The notes under the pieces: model-generated
Database searches by the model: none
The model's input: the letters and a program-made list of their open reading frames with translations, nothing else
What the model was told of the DNA's origin: nothing
NCBI GenBank assembly: GCA_963703225.1
Contig: OY969801.1
Span: 288,001 to 352,000 of the forward strand
From: Candidatus Eiseniibacteriota bacterium
Lineage (GTDB): Bacteria; Eisenbacteria; RBG-16-71-46; SZUA-252
Direction of reading: 5' to 3'
DNA length: 64,000 nucleotides
Translations under genes and position numbers: made by a program
Part shown: positions 19,800 to 29,588 of the stretch, piece by piece
Numbering within the stretch: the stretch's first letter is position 1
Layout of the letters: each line of letters begins with the position of its first letter

Positions 19800-22700
19800 A
19801 CATTCGGCGCCGCCTCATCGCGCTCCTTTCTCCCGCGCTCGTTTTCGTCGCCTTCGCGACTCCCGCCCGGGCGATCACGGCCCCCGGGCTTCGTTATGGG
19901 ATCGACGTCCGCCTCGACACCGAGAGCCATCGGCTGGAAGGTTGGGCGGACATCCGCTACCGAAGCGGCGCCGACAGCGCGCTCCCCGCGATCTATCTCC
20001 ACGCCTACCCCAACGCGTTCTCGGGTCCCCACACGATCTTCGCGCGCGACGAGGCTCGGCAGGCGGAGGACTACACCCTCCGGTTCACCAAACCGGAGGA
20101 TCGGGGCTGGATGACCATCGACTCGGTCTCCGCCGACGGCGCCGCCGCCGCGATCTCGGTCGACGAGACGGTGGCCCGCGTCGATCTCCCCCGGGCGCTC
20201 GCCCCGGGAGACTCGGTCGCGCTGCGCCTCCACTTCATCGTGCAGATCCCCAAGCAGTACGACCGCCTCGGCTGGCGGGGGGGCAACTACTCCATTTCGC
20301 AGTGGTTTCCCAAGGTGGCGGTCTACGACGAGGCGGGCTGGCATCCCGACCCGTTCCACTACGCAGCCGAGTTCTATGGCGACTTCGGCACCTTCGACGT
20401 CGCGATCACCCTCCCGGATCGATTCTGGGTCGGCGCCACCGGGGTACTCGAGGGCTTCGAGGGCGGCGACAACGTGATCCCCCTCTCCTCGGTGGGCGCC
20501 CCGCGGGACAGCGTCACGGTTTCGCTGACCGTGACGCCTGCCGACTCTCTCGCCAAGCGCTGGCCCAGAATTTCCCTGATCGCGGAGACCGACCTGCGGA
20601 AATCGGCAGGCTCAGCGCCGATGGCGCTGACCGTGCCGTGGGACGGGCCCGTCTCCTTCCGCGTCCCGCGCGGCGTGCCGGTCCACTATTCCTTCCTCTG
20701 GGATGATGGGGACGGAAACGTCCGGCAGGAAGCCGACCGCGACGGACGGCCCGGCCCGCTTCGTCTCCTCGTCGCGACCCGCGACACTCTGGTTGAGGAC
20801 ACGCTGCGCGCCCTGGCCCCGGTGCCGGGCGAGGGCGACGGCGCGGCCGCCCTCTCCGAGAAGAAGCTCCATTTCCACGCCGATCGCGTCCACGACTTCG
20901 CCTGGGTCGCCTCTCCCGACTACGTTCGCAGCGACACGACCTGGTCCGGAGTCGCCGTGCGAGCGCTCGTCTACCGCGAGGACGAAGAGCGCTGGCACGA
21001 TCTCAAGGCGTTCACCTTCGACGCGCTGCGGCACCATGCAGCGCTCGTCGGGCCCTACGTCTGGCCGCAGTTCACCTCCGCGGAGGCATGGTGCGGCGGG
21101 AGCGCCATGGAATACCCAATGCTGGTGATGAACGAACCGGGGATGTACTCCCCGTGGGGCCATCAGCTGGACGGAACCATCGCCCACGAGGTTGGGCACA
21201 ATTGGTTTTACGGCATGATCGCCAATGACGAGCGCGCCGACGCGTGGCTGGATGAGGGATTCACCGAATATCTCGAGAATGAATACATGGACGCCAAGTA
21301 TCCCCAGGGCTTGTTCCGATACTCGGCTCGCTTCCCATGGCTCGGGAAGCCCACCGCCATGGGCGCCGACGAGCAATATTATCTCGCCGCGGCGTGGGCG
21401 CGGGATGAGCAACCGGTGTCGACCGCGGCCAATGAGCAGCCAGGCGTTAACTCCTACAACGTGTCCGCGTACAGCAAAGCGTACTGCATGCTCCGGACGC
21501 TGCGCGGCGTGGTCGGCGATTCGCTCTTCACGGCCTTCCTCCAGGAGTACTACCGCCGGAATCTGTTCCTGCATCCTCGCCCGCGCGATGTCCTTCGCAC
21601 CGCCGAGGAGGTTACGGGACGAGATCTGGATTCCTTCTTTCACTCCTGGGTCGCGACCGTAGACCGCCCCAGCATCGCGCTGGGGAAGATCCGGAGGGAG
21701 CGCCAAGGGGACGGCTATCGCACCTCGGTCACCGTGCGCCGCAAGGATGCGATGGTGCTTCCGGTCACCGTGGAGGCGCGATTCGCCGATGGGTCGCGCC
21801 AGGAGCGGCAGATCCTCGCCCAAGAGCGAGAGACCGCGGCGATCTTTGAAAGTTCGTCACCGCTCCGGAGCGCGGTCTTGGATCCCCGGCACGAGCTGAT
21901 CGAAATGGATCGGCTCGACAATCGCGCCGGTCTCCTTCCGCCCATGAATTTTCACTTCCTCGCGGGCTTTCCATCGACCGAGGCGATCGGGGTCGCCTAC
22001 GGCCCCACCATCTGGCATGGGGATGCCGAGGGGATGCGCTTGGGCGCCTGGGTCGACGGCCGCTACCTGCCGTCGGAGGATTTTCCGTTCGGAATCCGTG
22101 GCTTCGAAGGAGGGTTCTCCTATGGCACCCGGGACGCGTCGGTCGCGTACCGGGCCGGAGCGTGGAGGCGTTGGGGCGTCCTGGGAGCCCGTAGCCGCGT
22201 TCGTGCGCTCACCGTGCGGGACGCAGGGCTCTTTCGCGCCGCGCTATCCGCCGAAAACATCGCGATGCGGCCGTCGCGGCTCCACCCGTATCGGTCCTGG
22301 GCGCTCTCGCTGGAGTACCGGGATCGGTACGAAAGCACGCCCGTCGATCCCGCCTACTGGTCGGACGGACGCACTCTGAACGCCGGCCTCAGCCTGGGAC
22401 TGGAGACGATTGGCCCGCGCCATCTCGAGAAGCTCCAGATCACCTACCGGCACGGGGCCTCCGCCTTCCGCGAGAAGGGCGATTCCGCGCCCGACGCGAA
22501 CTACGACTGGGTCCAGGCGACCGTCCGCCAGGCCCTGGAGCCACTCCCCGGGGGCTGCAGGTTTTCCTGGCGGATCGCCGCCGGGAGCGCGTTTCGGCGG
22601 GTTCCGCGCGAGCAGCTGTTCGACGCCGCCGAGATGAGCCGGCTCGACGCGCTTCCCCTCTTCTATGCGAACGATCGGGGTCCGCTCCGCGAGACCGACC

Positions 22701-23041
22701 ATTTCCACGTCCCGGGCGGCGGTGGTCTGCGTGGATATTCGGGCAGGGCCGTCGTGGGGCAGAGCCTCGTGGCCGCCAATCTCGAGGTCGCGAATGAAGG
22801 CTTCCCGATCTTTCTCTTCGCAGACGCCGGCAGCGTCGAGGCCTCCGGTTGGGGCGAGGCCGCGGGCGGGCCGCTCCACCCGCTCGTGGGACAGACCCTG
22901 GCGGATGCCGGGGCGGGCGTGCGGCTCGGGTTGATCCGGGTGGATTTTCCACTCTGGCTGGGGAGCCCCGACCCCGGCGAACACCCATGGGATTTTCGCT
23001 GGGTCTTTTCCATCGGCGTCGTCAACCTCCCCAGCCTCTAG
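19796..23041 (+). CDS. Secreted M1 metallopeptidase with C-terminal beta-barrel-like (Omp85-like) region; probable CTG start
   Basis: AMEYP and HEVGHNWF..WLDEG. The frame is open upstream of the 20111 ATG to CTG 19796, giving a signal peptide and YGIDVRLD..LHAYPNAF. C-terminal GGLRGY, FADAG and RVDFP. Confidence 0.85.
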
Positions 23042-23161
23042 CCCATCCAATCGGGAGCCGGAGTTACGCGTCGCGGGGGCGCCTCCGACTTGACACCGTC
23101 CGGAGCCGGGCGGAGAATCGCGCTGTCCTCATTGGTGATCCCCCCACCTGGAGGTGCCCCC

Positions 23162-23383
23162 ATGAAAGTCGAGATCCACTACTGCACGGTCTGAAACTAC
23201 AAACCTAGAGCCGCCAGTTTGGCGGCCGAGCTGAAGGAACAACTGAAGACCGATTCGCAGCTGATCGCGGGAGGCGGAGGAATCTTCGACGTCTTCGTGG
23301 ACGGGAAGATTGTTTTTTCCAAGAAATTGGTCGGGCGCTTTCCCGAGCCGGGGGAAGTCGCCGCACTGCTGAAGAAGACCTGA
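23162..23383 (+). CDS. SelT/SelW/SelH (Rdx family) selenoprotein, UGA at 23192 read as Sec
   Basis: MKVEIHYCTV-U-NYKPRAASLA...GGIFDV.VDG..VFSKK..GRFP; GGAGG RBS; SECIS-like hairpin downstream. Confidence 0.9.
23195..23226 (+). promoter_or_regulatory. Bacterial SECIS element (putative)
   Basis: GCCGCCA-GTT-TGGCGGC hairpin at 23210-23226 with an apical-loop G about 22 nt after the in-frame UGA. Confidence 0.75.
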
Positions 23384-23393
23384 CGGAGGATCC

Positions 23394-26105
23394 ATGCGCG
23401 TATCGCCCCAATGGCACACATTCTGTTCTGCTCTAACCGCGACGCTCGTCGCGCTCCTTCTCCCCATTCACGCCGCGGGCGCCCCCACGGCTACCGTCCC
23501 TGCGGTCGAGGCCGCGCGCGCGGCCGTCCATCAGGAGACCCTTCCCAACGGGCTTCGCATCGTCCTCGTCGAGGATCATTCGAAGCCGCTCGTCGGGGTC
23601 TGCATCTTCGTGAATGGCGGGAGCCGGACCGAGCCGCCGAGCCTTTCCGGGCTCAGCCACTACTACGAGCACCTCATCTTCCGCGGCGGATCCACCAAGC
23701 AAACGGAGCTTCAGTTCCGACGCGAGATGCAGCGGATTGGGGAGGAGACGGGCGGATACACCACGAACGACTACACCTGCTACGGATTCACCGCGCCCAC
23801 CCAGAATCTGGACGAGGCGCTCTGGCGCTCGGTCGATGCCTGGATGAACCTGAAGCTGACCGAGGCGAAGGTGGCCAAGGAGCGCCAGGTGGTGATGGAG
23901 GAGTACAACCAGGGAGAGGACCGGCCCGACTACAAGGTCTACTACCAGATCGAACGGTTGATGTTCCACGACCACCCGTACAAGCGCGACACGATTGGCC
24001 TCAAGGACGTGATCGAGCACGCCTCGCTGCAAACCTTCAAGACCTTCTACGACGAACGCTACGTCCCCAACCAGATGATCCTGACCGCGGTGGGCGACTT
24101 CGATACCAAGGCGATGAGCGAGACCCTGCGCAAGTCTTTCGCTCCCTACAAGCGCGGACAGGACGATTTCGAGCAGGGGCTCACCGAAGCCCCGCAGACC
24201 GAGTTCCGGATGGGCCTCAAGGCGATGAAGACGCCCAATACCTGGACCCACATCGGCTTTCACATGCCGCCCAACTCGGATCCGGACGCGCCCGCGCTCA
24301 CGGTTCTGGCGTCGCTCCTCGGCAAGGGCACTTCCTCGCGCCTCTACCGCGCGCTCAAGGAGAAGGAGAACCTGGTCACCACCGTCGACGCCGATTTCGA
24401 GGTGCGAAAGGATCCCGGGATCTTCCTGCTCAGCGCCCAGATGCCTCCCGAGAACGAAGCAAGGGTGTTCGGGATCATGCGGGATGAGCTGCGCCGCCTC
24501 GCGACCGAGCCGGTCCCGGCGGCCGAGCTGGAGCGGGTGCGCGCGTCACTCCTCTACAAGTACGCGTTCGACGCGCAGACGCTCTTTGCCCGCGCCGAGC
24601 GGATCTGTCTCTTTGGAATCATGTCGGACGTCTCGGTGGAGGCGCTCTGGCCCGGACTCTTGGAGAGCGTCACCGCGGCCGACCTCCAGCGCGTGGCGGG
24701 CCGCTACCTGGCCGCCGACCTCGCTTCCTACTCGGTCGTTCGCCCGGAGGGGAAGACCGGCCCGTCGCAGCAGGAGATCGAAGCGATGCTCGCGCCGTGG
24801 CGCGCCGGCTGGCCGACGCTCGCGTCATCGGCCGCGGGCGGCACGGGAAAGGTTCGGCGCGAGGTTCTCTCGAACGGAGTCACCCTCCTGCTCAAGGAGG
24901 ATCACGCCACGCCCGTCGTCGCGGTCTCGACCATGGCGCGCGGGGGACAGTGGATCGAGCCGGAGGGGCTCGCGGGCGTCTCCAATATGGCCGTCGTGCT
25001 GCTGCGTCGAGGCGCGGGATCGATGTCGGCCCGCGATATCTCCGATCGGGCCGAGGCGCTGGGGATGAAGCTCGGTACCAACGGCGCGTCCGACTACGCG
25101 TCGATCTCGTGGCAGTCTCCCGCTCCGAATTTCGAGAAAGCGTGGGACATCTACCGCGAGGTCCTGCTCCGGCCGACCTTCCCGGCATCCGAGGTGGCCA
25201 AGGTCCGGGAGGACCTGATCCGCGACGCCAAGAGCATCGGCGATCGTCCCTTCGACTACACCAACCTCCAGTTCGCGCAAACGCTCTACAAGAACTCGCC
25301 CTATCGCCGCCCGCTGATCGGAGATGAGAATTCGCTCGCCAAGATCCAGACGGCGGATCTCCGCAAGGCCTACGAGACCATGATCTGCGGCTCCAACCTC
25401 ACCGTCGCGATCGTCGGCGACTTCAACGCGGATCGAGCGTTGGATCTGGCCAAGCGCTCGCTGGAGACGCTCCGCCGCGGCGCGCCCGTCGCGGTGGGCG
25501 GCGTGAGCGACGAGCCGGCCCACGAGAAGCGGCCGATCATGGTCGCCAAAGAGCAGGAGCAGATCACCTACAACACCGGCTGGCTCGCCTGCTCCGTGCG
25601 CGATCCCGACTACGTGCCGCTCCGCGTGGCGATCGCGATCGTGGGGGATAAGCTATTCTTCAAGTATGTCTACGAGAAGGGCGTCGCCTATCGCTCCTGG
25701 TTCTACATGAACGATCGGATGGGCCAGGCCTCGGCGCAGAACGAGATGGGCGTGACGCCGGCGAATTTCTCGATGGCGTCCACGGGCGTGCTCGAGGACA
25801 TCGCCACGACGTTCCGGACCACGCTTCCGGCGAGCGAGGTCAAGGGGTCGGTGGACAAAGTTCTCTCTCGCTGGTATCTCGGCGCGCAGCGCTCCGACCA
25901 AGTGGCCGGCCGGCTCTGCTTCTTCGAGACCGCGGGCTTGGGATACGACTTCGCCGATCGCTACCCGGATCTCGTCCAGAAGGTGGGGCCCGACCAGGTT
26001 TCGGCGGTGGCGAAGAAGTATTTCAATCCCGACGCCTGGACGCGGGTCGCGGTGGGGCAGGAGCCGGCCAAGGCGGCCGGCTCGTCATCAGCGCCGGGGC
26101 ACTAG
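23394..26105 (+). CDS. M16 (pitrilysin/PqqL-like) zinc protease, secreted
   Basis: LPNGL, HYYEH inverted zinc motif, duplicated domain halves and signal peptide. Confidence 0.9.
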   Translation: MRVSPQWHTFCSALTATLVALLLPIHAAGAPTATVPAVEAARAAVHQETLPNGLRIVLVEDHSKPLVGVCIFVNGGSRTEPPSLSGLSHYYEHLIFRGGSTKQTELQFRREMQRIGEETGGYTTNDYTCYGFTAPTQNLDEALWRSVDAWMNLKLTEAKVAKERQVVMEEYNQGEDRPDYKVYYQIERLMFHDHPYKRDTIGLKDVIEHASLQTFKTFYDERYVPNQMILTAVGDFDTKAMSETLRKSFAPYKRGQDDFEQGLTEAPQTEFRMGLKAMKTPNTWTHIGFHMPPNSDPDAPALTVLASLLGKGTSSRLYRALKEKENLVTTVDADFEVRKDPGIFLLSAQMPPENEARVFGIMRDELRRLATEPVPAAELERVRASLLYKYAFDAQTLFARAERICLFGIMSDVSVEALWPGLLESVTAADLQRVAGRYLAADLASYSVVRPEGKTGPSQQEIEAMLAPWRAGWPTLASSAAGGTGKVRREVLSNGVTLLLKEDHATPVVAVSTMARGGQWIEPEGLAGVSNMAVVLLRRGAGSMSARDISDRAEALGMKLGTNGASDYASISWQSPAPNFEKAWDIYREVLLRPTFPASEVAKVREDLIRDAKSIGDRPFDYTNLQFAQTLYKNSPYRRPLIGDENSLAKIQTADLRKAYETMICGSNLTVAIVGDFNADRALDLAKRSLETLRRGAPVAVGGVSDEPAHEKRPIMVAKEQEQITYNTGWLACSVRDPDYVPLRVAIAIVGDKLFFKYVYEKGVAYRSWFYMNDRMGQASAQNEMGVTPANFSMASTGVLEDIATTFRTTLPASEVKGSVDKVLSRWYLGAQRSDQVAGRLCFFETAGLGYDFADRYPDLVQKVGPDQVSAVAKKYFNPDAWTRVAVGQEPAKAAGSSSAPGH

Positions 26106-26434
26106 GCCTTCGGCTTCACGGCAGCGGTCGCGAGGCCGCACCCGATCCCGACGGCCGCGCCCAGAGGGAGCGTCATCGTCCAGTCGCGGCCGGGAATTCC
26201 CGCGAGGGCGCCGAGTAGAAGGCCGATCAACCCGCTGAACAGGGCACCGCGCCAGAGCGGCGTGTTTCCGGGAGTCACGTAAGCCGCGAGGACGCCGTTC
26301 ACGATCCCCTGGGACGCGCGTCCCAAAATCGTGGTGAATATGACCATGGTCTTCGGCTCTCCCCACGCGCTCACCACCCCGTGGAGAGCCCCGAGGACGA
26401 TTCCGATCAGTACGCCCGCCGTCACCTTGGTCAT
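26102..26434 (-). CDS. Small Gly-rich integral membrane protein
   Basis: Three to four hydrophobic Gly-rich segments (VLIGIVLGALHG, LFSGLIGLLLGALAG). Confidence 0.6.
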   Translation of the reverse strand: MTKVTAGVLIGIVLGALHGVVSAWGEPKTMVIFTTILGRASQGIVNGVLAAYVTPGNTPLWRGALFSGLIGLLLGALAGIPGRDWTMTLPLGAAVGIGCGLATAAVKPKA

Positions 26435-26559
26435 CTGGCGGCAGGATACCGACCTCGGGCCGGTCGGGGAAGCCCGAAATACCTGTCCAGCACGCCCACC
26501 GCCAAGCCGATAACTCCCTCGAATACGTGCCGCTACGGGCAATCGGGGGACGCAGTTCG

Positions 26560-28245
26560 ATGACCGCTCCACCCCTCCGCGGATTTTCGCCATCGGCCGC
26601 CATCGCGAGCCTGGGAGAGGCGCTCCTCGAGCATTTCGATCGGGCGCCGGTCGGGCTCTTCCTCTTGGACGGCGACCGCAAGATTCTCCGCGCCAATGAA
26701 GCGATGTCGCAGCTCACCGGAATCCAACCCTCGGTCCTGCGCGATTCGTCCATCCGCCGCTTCCTCTCCTCCGATGCCCCGTTCGACCTCGAGGACCGCA
26801 TCTTCGAGGAGCTGACCCGGACCTCGTACTGGCTGGGGGAGCTGGAGATTCGGACCTCGGTCGGCGACACGAGCCCGATGATGGTCTCGATCACGCCGGT
26901 GGGGGCCGACGGCAAGGGTCCGGTCCGCTACGTGGCGACGGTCGTCGAGCTGGGACAGCAGCGCTGGATCGAAGCCGAATCCAGCCGGCGCGCCGCCGAG
27001 CTGGCCGCGTTCTCCTCCATCGCCGTCGCCACGGCGAGCAGCTCCGATCCCCGAACGATGCTCGACTCAGTGGCGCGCGCGATCGTGGAGCAGCTCGAGA
27101 TGGATGCGTGCTGGATCCACCGCTACGAGGCGGCTCGCTCGTTTGTCAGCCTCGCCGGCGAGGCCTCCTACCTGAGCAGCTCGGTCAGGCTCTCCCCGGG
27201 CATGATCCCCGACTCGATCAACCCGGCTCTTCTGCGCGCCATCGAAACCAAGGAGCAGATCGCCGAGTCGGAGCTGCTCGACCGGAGCATCGCCACCGTC
27301 GTCCACGCGCCGCTCTTGGCCCAGGACGAGGTCGTCGGAGTGATTTCCATCTTGAGCGTTGAGGGGGAGAAGTTGAGTGCGCGCAATTCCGACCTCCTTC
27401 GCGCGATCGGCTATCAGGTGGGCACCGCGATCCAAAACGTCCGCCTCTTGGAGTCGATCCAAAGACAGCAGGAGGAGCTCCAGGCGAAGAACGTGCAGCT
27501 GGAGCTTTACGTCGAAGAGCTCATGAACGCCGACCGGCTGAAGAGCGAGTTCTTGGCCAATACCTCGCACGAGCTGCGGACGCCGCTCAACTCCATCATC
27601 GGATTCCTCAATCTGGTGCTGGACGGGCTCTGCCAAAGCGAGGAGGAGCAGAAGGAGCTTTTGGGACACGCGCTCCGCAGCGGCCGAAACCTCCTCGACC
27701 TCATCAACGACGTCCTCGACCTCTCACGGATCGAAGCCGGGCGTCTCCAGCTCGACCTGCGCGACGTCGATCTCGGATTTGTTCTCGCGGACGTGAAAAG
27801 CACGCTTTCGGTGCAGGCGAAAGAGAAGCACCTGGACTTCCAGGTCGCCACCCCGCCTCCGGGCCTCAGGGTGAGCGCCGACGAGTCGCGTCTGCGCCAG
27901 GTGCTGTTGAACGTTGTGGGGAACTCGGTCAAATTCACGACGCGGGGGCACGTCACGGTGACCGTCGACTCGCCGGACGGCTCGCCGTTCGTGGAAGTCC
28001 AGGTGAAGGACACCGGCATCGGGGTGCCCGTCGACAGGCGGGACCGGCTCTTCCGGAAGTTTTCCCAGGCCGACACCTCGACCACGCGGAAATTCGGCGG
28101 TACGGGTCTCGGCCTCGTGATCGTGAAGGAGCTGCTCGAGATGATGGGCGGAGGCGTGCGGCTGGACAGCCCCGGGGAGGGTCGGGGCACCGTCGTCACG
28201 ATCACGCTCGGCCGCGCCACCGGAGGGCCGCTGGGATTGAAGTGA
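26560..28245 (+). CDS. PAS-GAF sensor histidine kinase
   Basis: KSEFLANTSHELRTPLN, NSVKFT, DTGIG and GGTGLGL. Confidence 0.92.
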   Translation: MTAPPLRGFSPSAAIASLGEALLEHFDRAPVGLFLLDGDRKILRANEAMSQLTGIQPSVLRDSSIRRFLSSDAPFDLEDRIFEELTRTSYWLGELEIRTSVGDTSPMMVSITPVGADGKGPVRYVATVVELGQQRWIEAESSRRAAELAAFSSIAVATASSSDPRTMLDSVARAIVEQLEMDACWIHRYEAARSFVSLAGEASYLSSSVRLSPGMIPDSINPALLRAIETKEQIAESELLDRSIATVVHAPLLAQDEVVGVISILSVEGEKLSARNSDLLRAIGYQVGTAIQNVRLLESIQRQQEELQAKNVQLELYVEELMNADRLKSEFLANTSHELRTPLNSIIGFLNLVLDGLCQSEEEQKELLGHALRSGRNLLDLINDVLDLSRIEAGRLQLDLRDVDLGFVLADVKSTLSVQAKEKHLDFQVATPPPGLRVSADESRLRQVLLNVVGNSVKFTTRGHVTVTVDSPDGSPFVEVQVKDTGIGVPVDRRDRLFRKFSQADTSTTRKFGGTGLGLVIVKELLEMMGGGVRLDSPGEGRGTVVTITLGRATGGPLGLK

Positions 28246-28293
28246 GGCGTCGCGGCTCAAAGCGAGGCTCGCCGACCCAAAGTGACGCGCTGG

Positions 28294-28689
28294 CTATCGC
28301 GTGAGATTCACCAACCCGGCTGGGGTCGGCTCGAAGCCGCAGGGTCGGTAGAACCCGGCCATCAACTCTCCGGATGCATCGACGTGGAGCCACTCGCCGC
28401 GACCCCGGCAGGCTTCGATGGCCTCCTCGACCAAACGACGCCCGATGCCCCTTCGCCTCCAGCTCGGATGCACCGTGGTATCGAGCAAGAAGAAGTGCGC
28501 GTCGCCGTCCCAAGCCACGTTCACAAATCCCACAAGCTCATCGCCGATTGAGGCCGTCACCCACGTGAAGCTGTGGGCCAGCACTTGCCCGTAGCCCGGC
28601 TTTGGCGAACCCCAAGCTGCGACGAAGAGGGCTGAGAGCTTTACCCCATCGAGATCCAGACGTCTGTCGTAACGTATCACCGGTTCCAT
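28294..28689 (-). CDS. GNAT family N-acetyltransferase
   Basis: VHPSWRRRGIG motif A and FYRPCGF. Confidence 0.85.
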   Translation of the reverse strand: MEPVIRYDRRLDLDGVKLSALFVAAWGSPKPGYGQVLAHSFTWVTASIGDELVGFVNVAWDGDAHFFLLDTTVHPSWRRRGIGRRLVEEAIEACRGRGEWLHVDASGELMAGFYRPCGFEPTPAGLVNLTR

Positions 28690-28693
28690 CGCG

Positions 28694-29326
28694 CTAGCTT
28701 TCCTTCACCACGATGAGCAGGATTTCTCCGCTCGCCATCCGCACCGAGGCCGGCGATTGTTCCACCACGTTCGAGATCGAATCCTGGACGCCCAGCTCCA
28801 GCCGGCGGTCGCGCAGCGGATAGCGCAAGTTCTCCGTGGTCAGCCCCTCCACGACCGATCCCACGGCGAAAAACGAAACCACCGTCCCCGGCGGCTCGTG
28901 GATCGTCTCCGTGCCCCGCGCCAGCCATGCTTTCACGACGTCGTCTTCCAGGACGACGCGCGTCCGGTCTCGGTAGCGATGGAGGAGAGAGAGGTGGCCG
29001 AGGACGTGGTCGAGCCTCCCCGTGGTGGCGCCGAGGATGGTGACAAGCTCAAAGGCACCCTGACGGAGAACCCACTCCAGCGCTTTCTCCGCGTCGGTGC
29101 GTTCGGTATCCGCGTCACGGACCAACGGGACACCGCGAAAATGTGCGAGCGTTTCGGGCGTGGTCGAATCGATGTCACCCACGATGGCTTGCGGGGTTAC
29201 CCCGTATCGTCGCGCGACCTCCGCCCCCCCATCGGCACAAACGAAAAGGGAGGAGCGACCGAGAACCTGCTTCAGGGTCTCGTGGCTCGGTGGGGCTCCG
29301 TTGGCGAGAATGACGGCGTTTGGCAT
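28694..29326 (-). CDS. thiN: Thiamine diphosphokinase
   Basis: CADGGA, VGDIDS, TDAEKAL, GRLDH, LRYPL and ISN. Confidence 0.9.
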   Translation of the reverse strand: MPNAVILANGAPPSHETLKQVLGRSSLFVCADGGAEVARRYGVTPQAIVGDIDSTTPETLAHFRGVPLVRDADTERTDAEKALEWVLRQGAFELVTILGATTGRLDHVLGHLSLLHRYRDRTRVVLEDDVVKAWLARGTETIHEPPGTVVSFFAVGSVVEGLTTENLRYPLRDRRLELGVQDSISNVVEQSPASVRMASGEILLIVVKES

Positions 29327-29429
29327 CTGGACGGTTCGAGCCTAGCACCCGTCGCCAAGCGGTGGCAAACCGCGCCATCCCGGCGCGCCGCTTGACAGCC
29401 GCGCCCGCCAGGGCACATGCTTTGGATAA

Positions 29430-29511
29430 CCGTTAGGGGTGGCCGGAAAAACACCGGCCTGAGATCACACCCTACAAACCTGATCTGGGTTATACCAGCG
29501 TAGGGAAACGG
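29430..29511 (+). ncRNA. TPP riboswitch
   Basis: GGGGTG...CTGAGA..ACCC....ACCTGATCTGGGTTATACCAGCGTAGGGA with P1 CCGTT/AACGG; lies upstream of a TonB receptor and divergent from thiN; TTGACA at 29392. Confidence 0.93.
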
Positions 29512-29588
29512 GGACAGACGAAGTCCTTCCGCCTGGCCGCGTTCGCCTCCTGGACGCGGCCCGATCGTTTTCGGGAGGAAGGGCAGTC

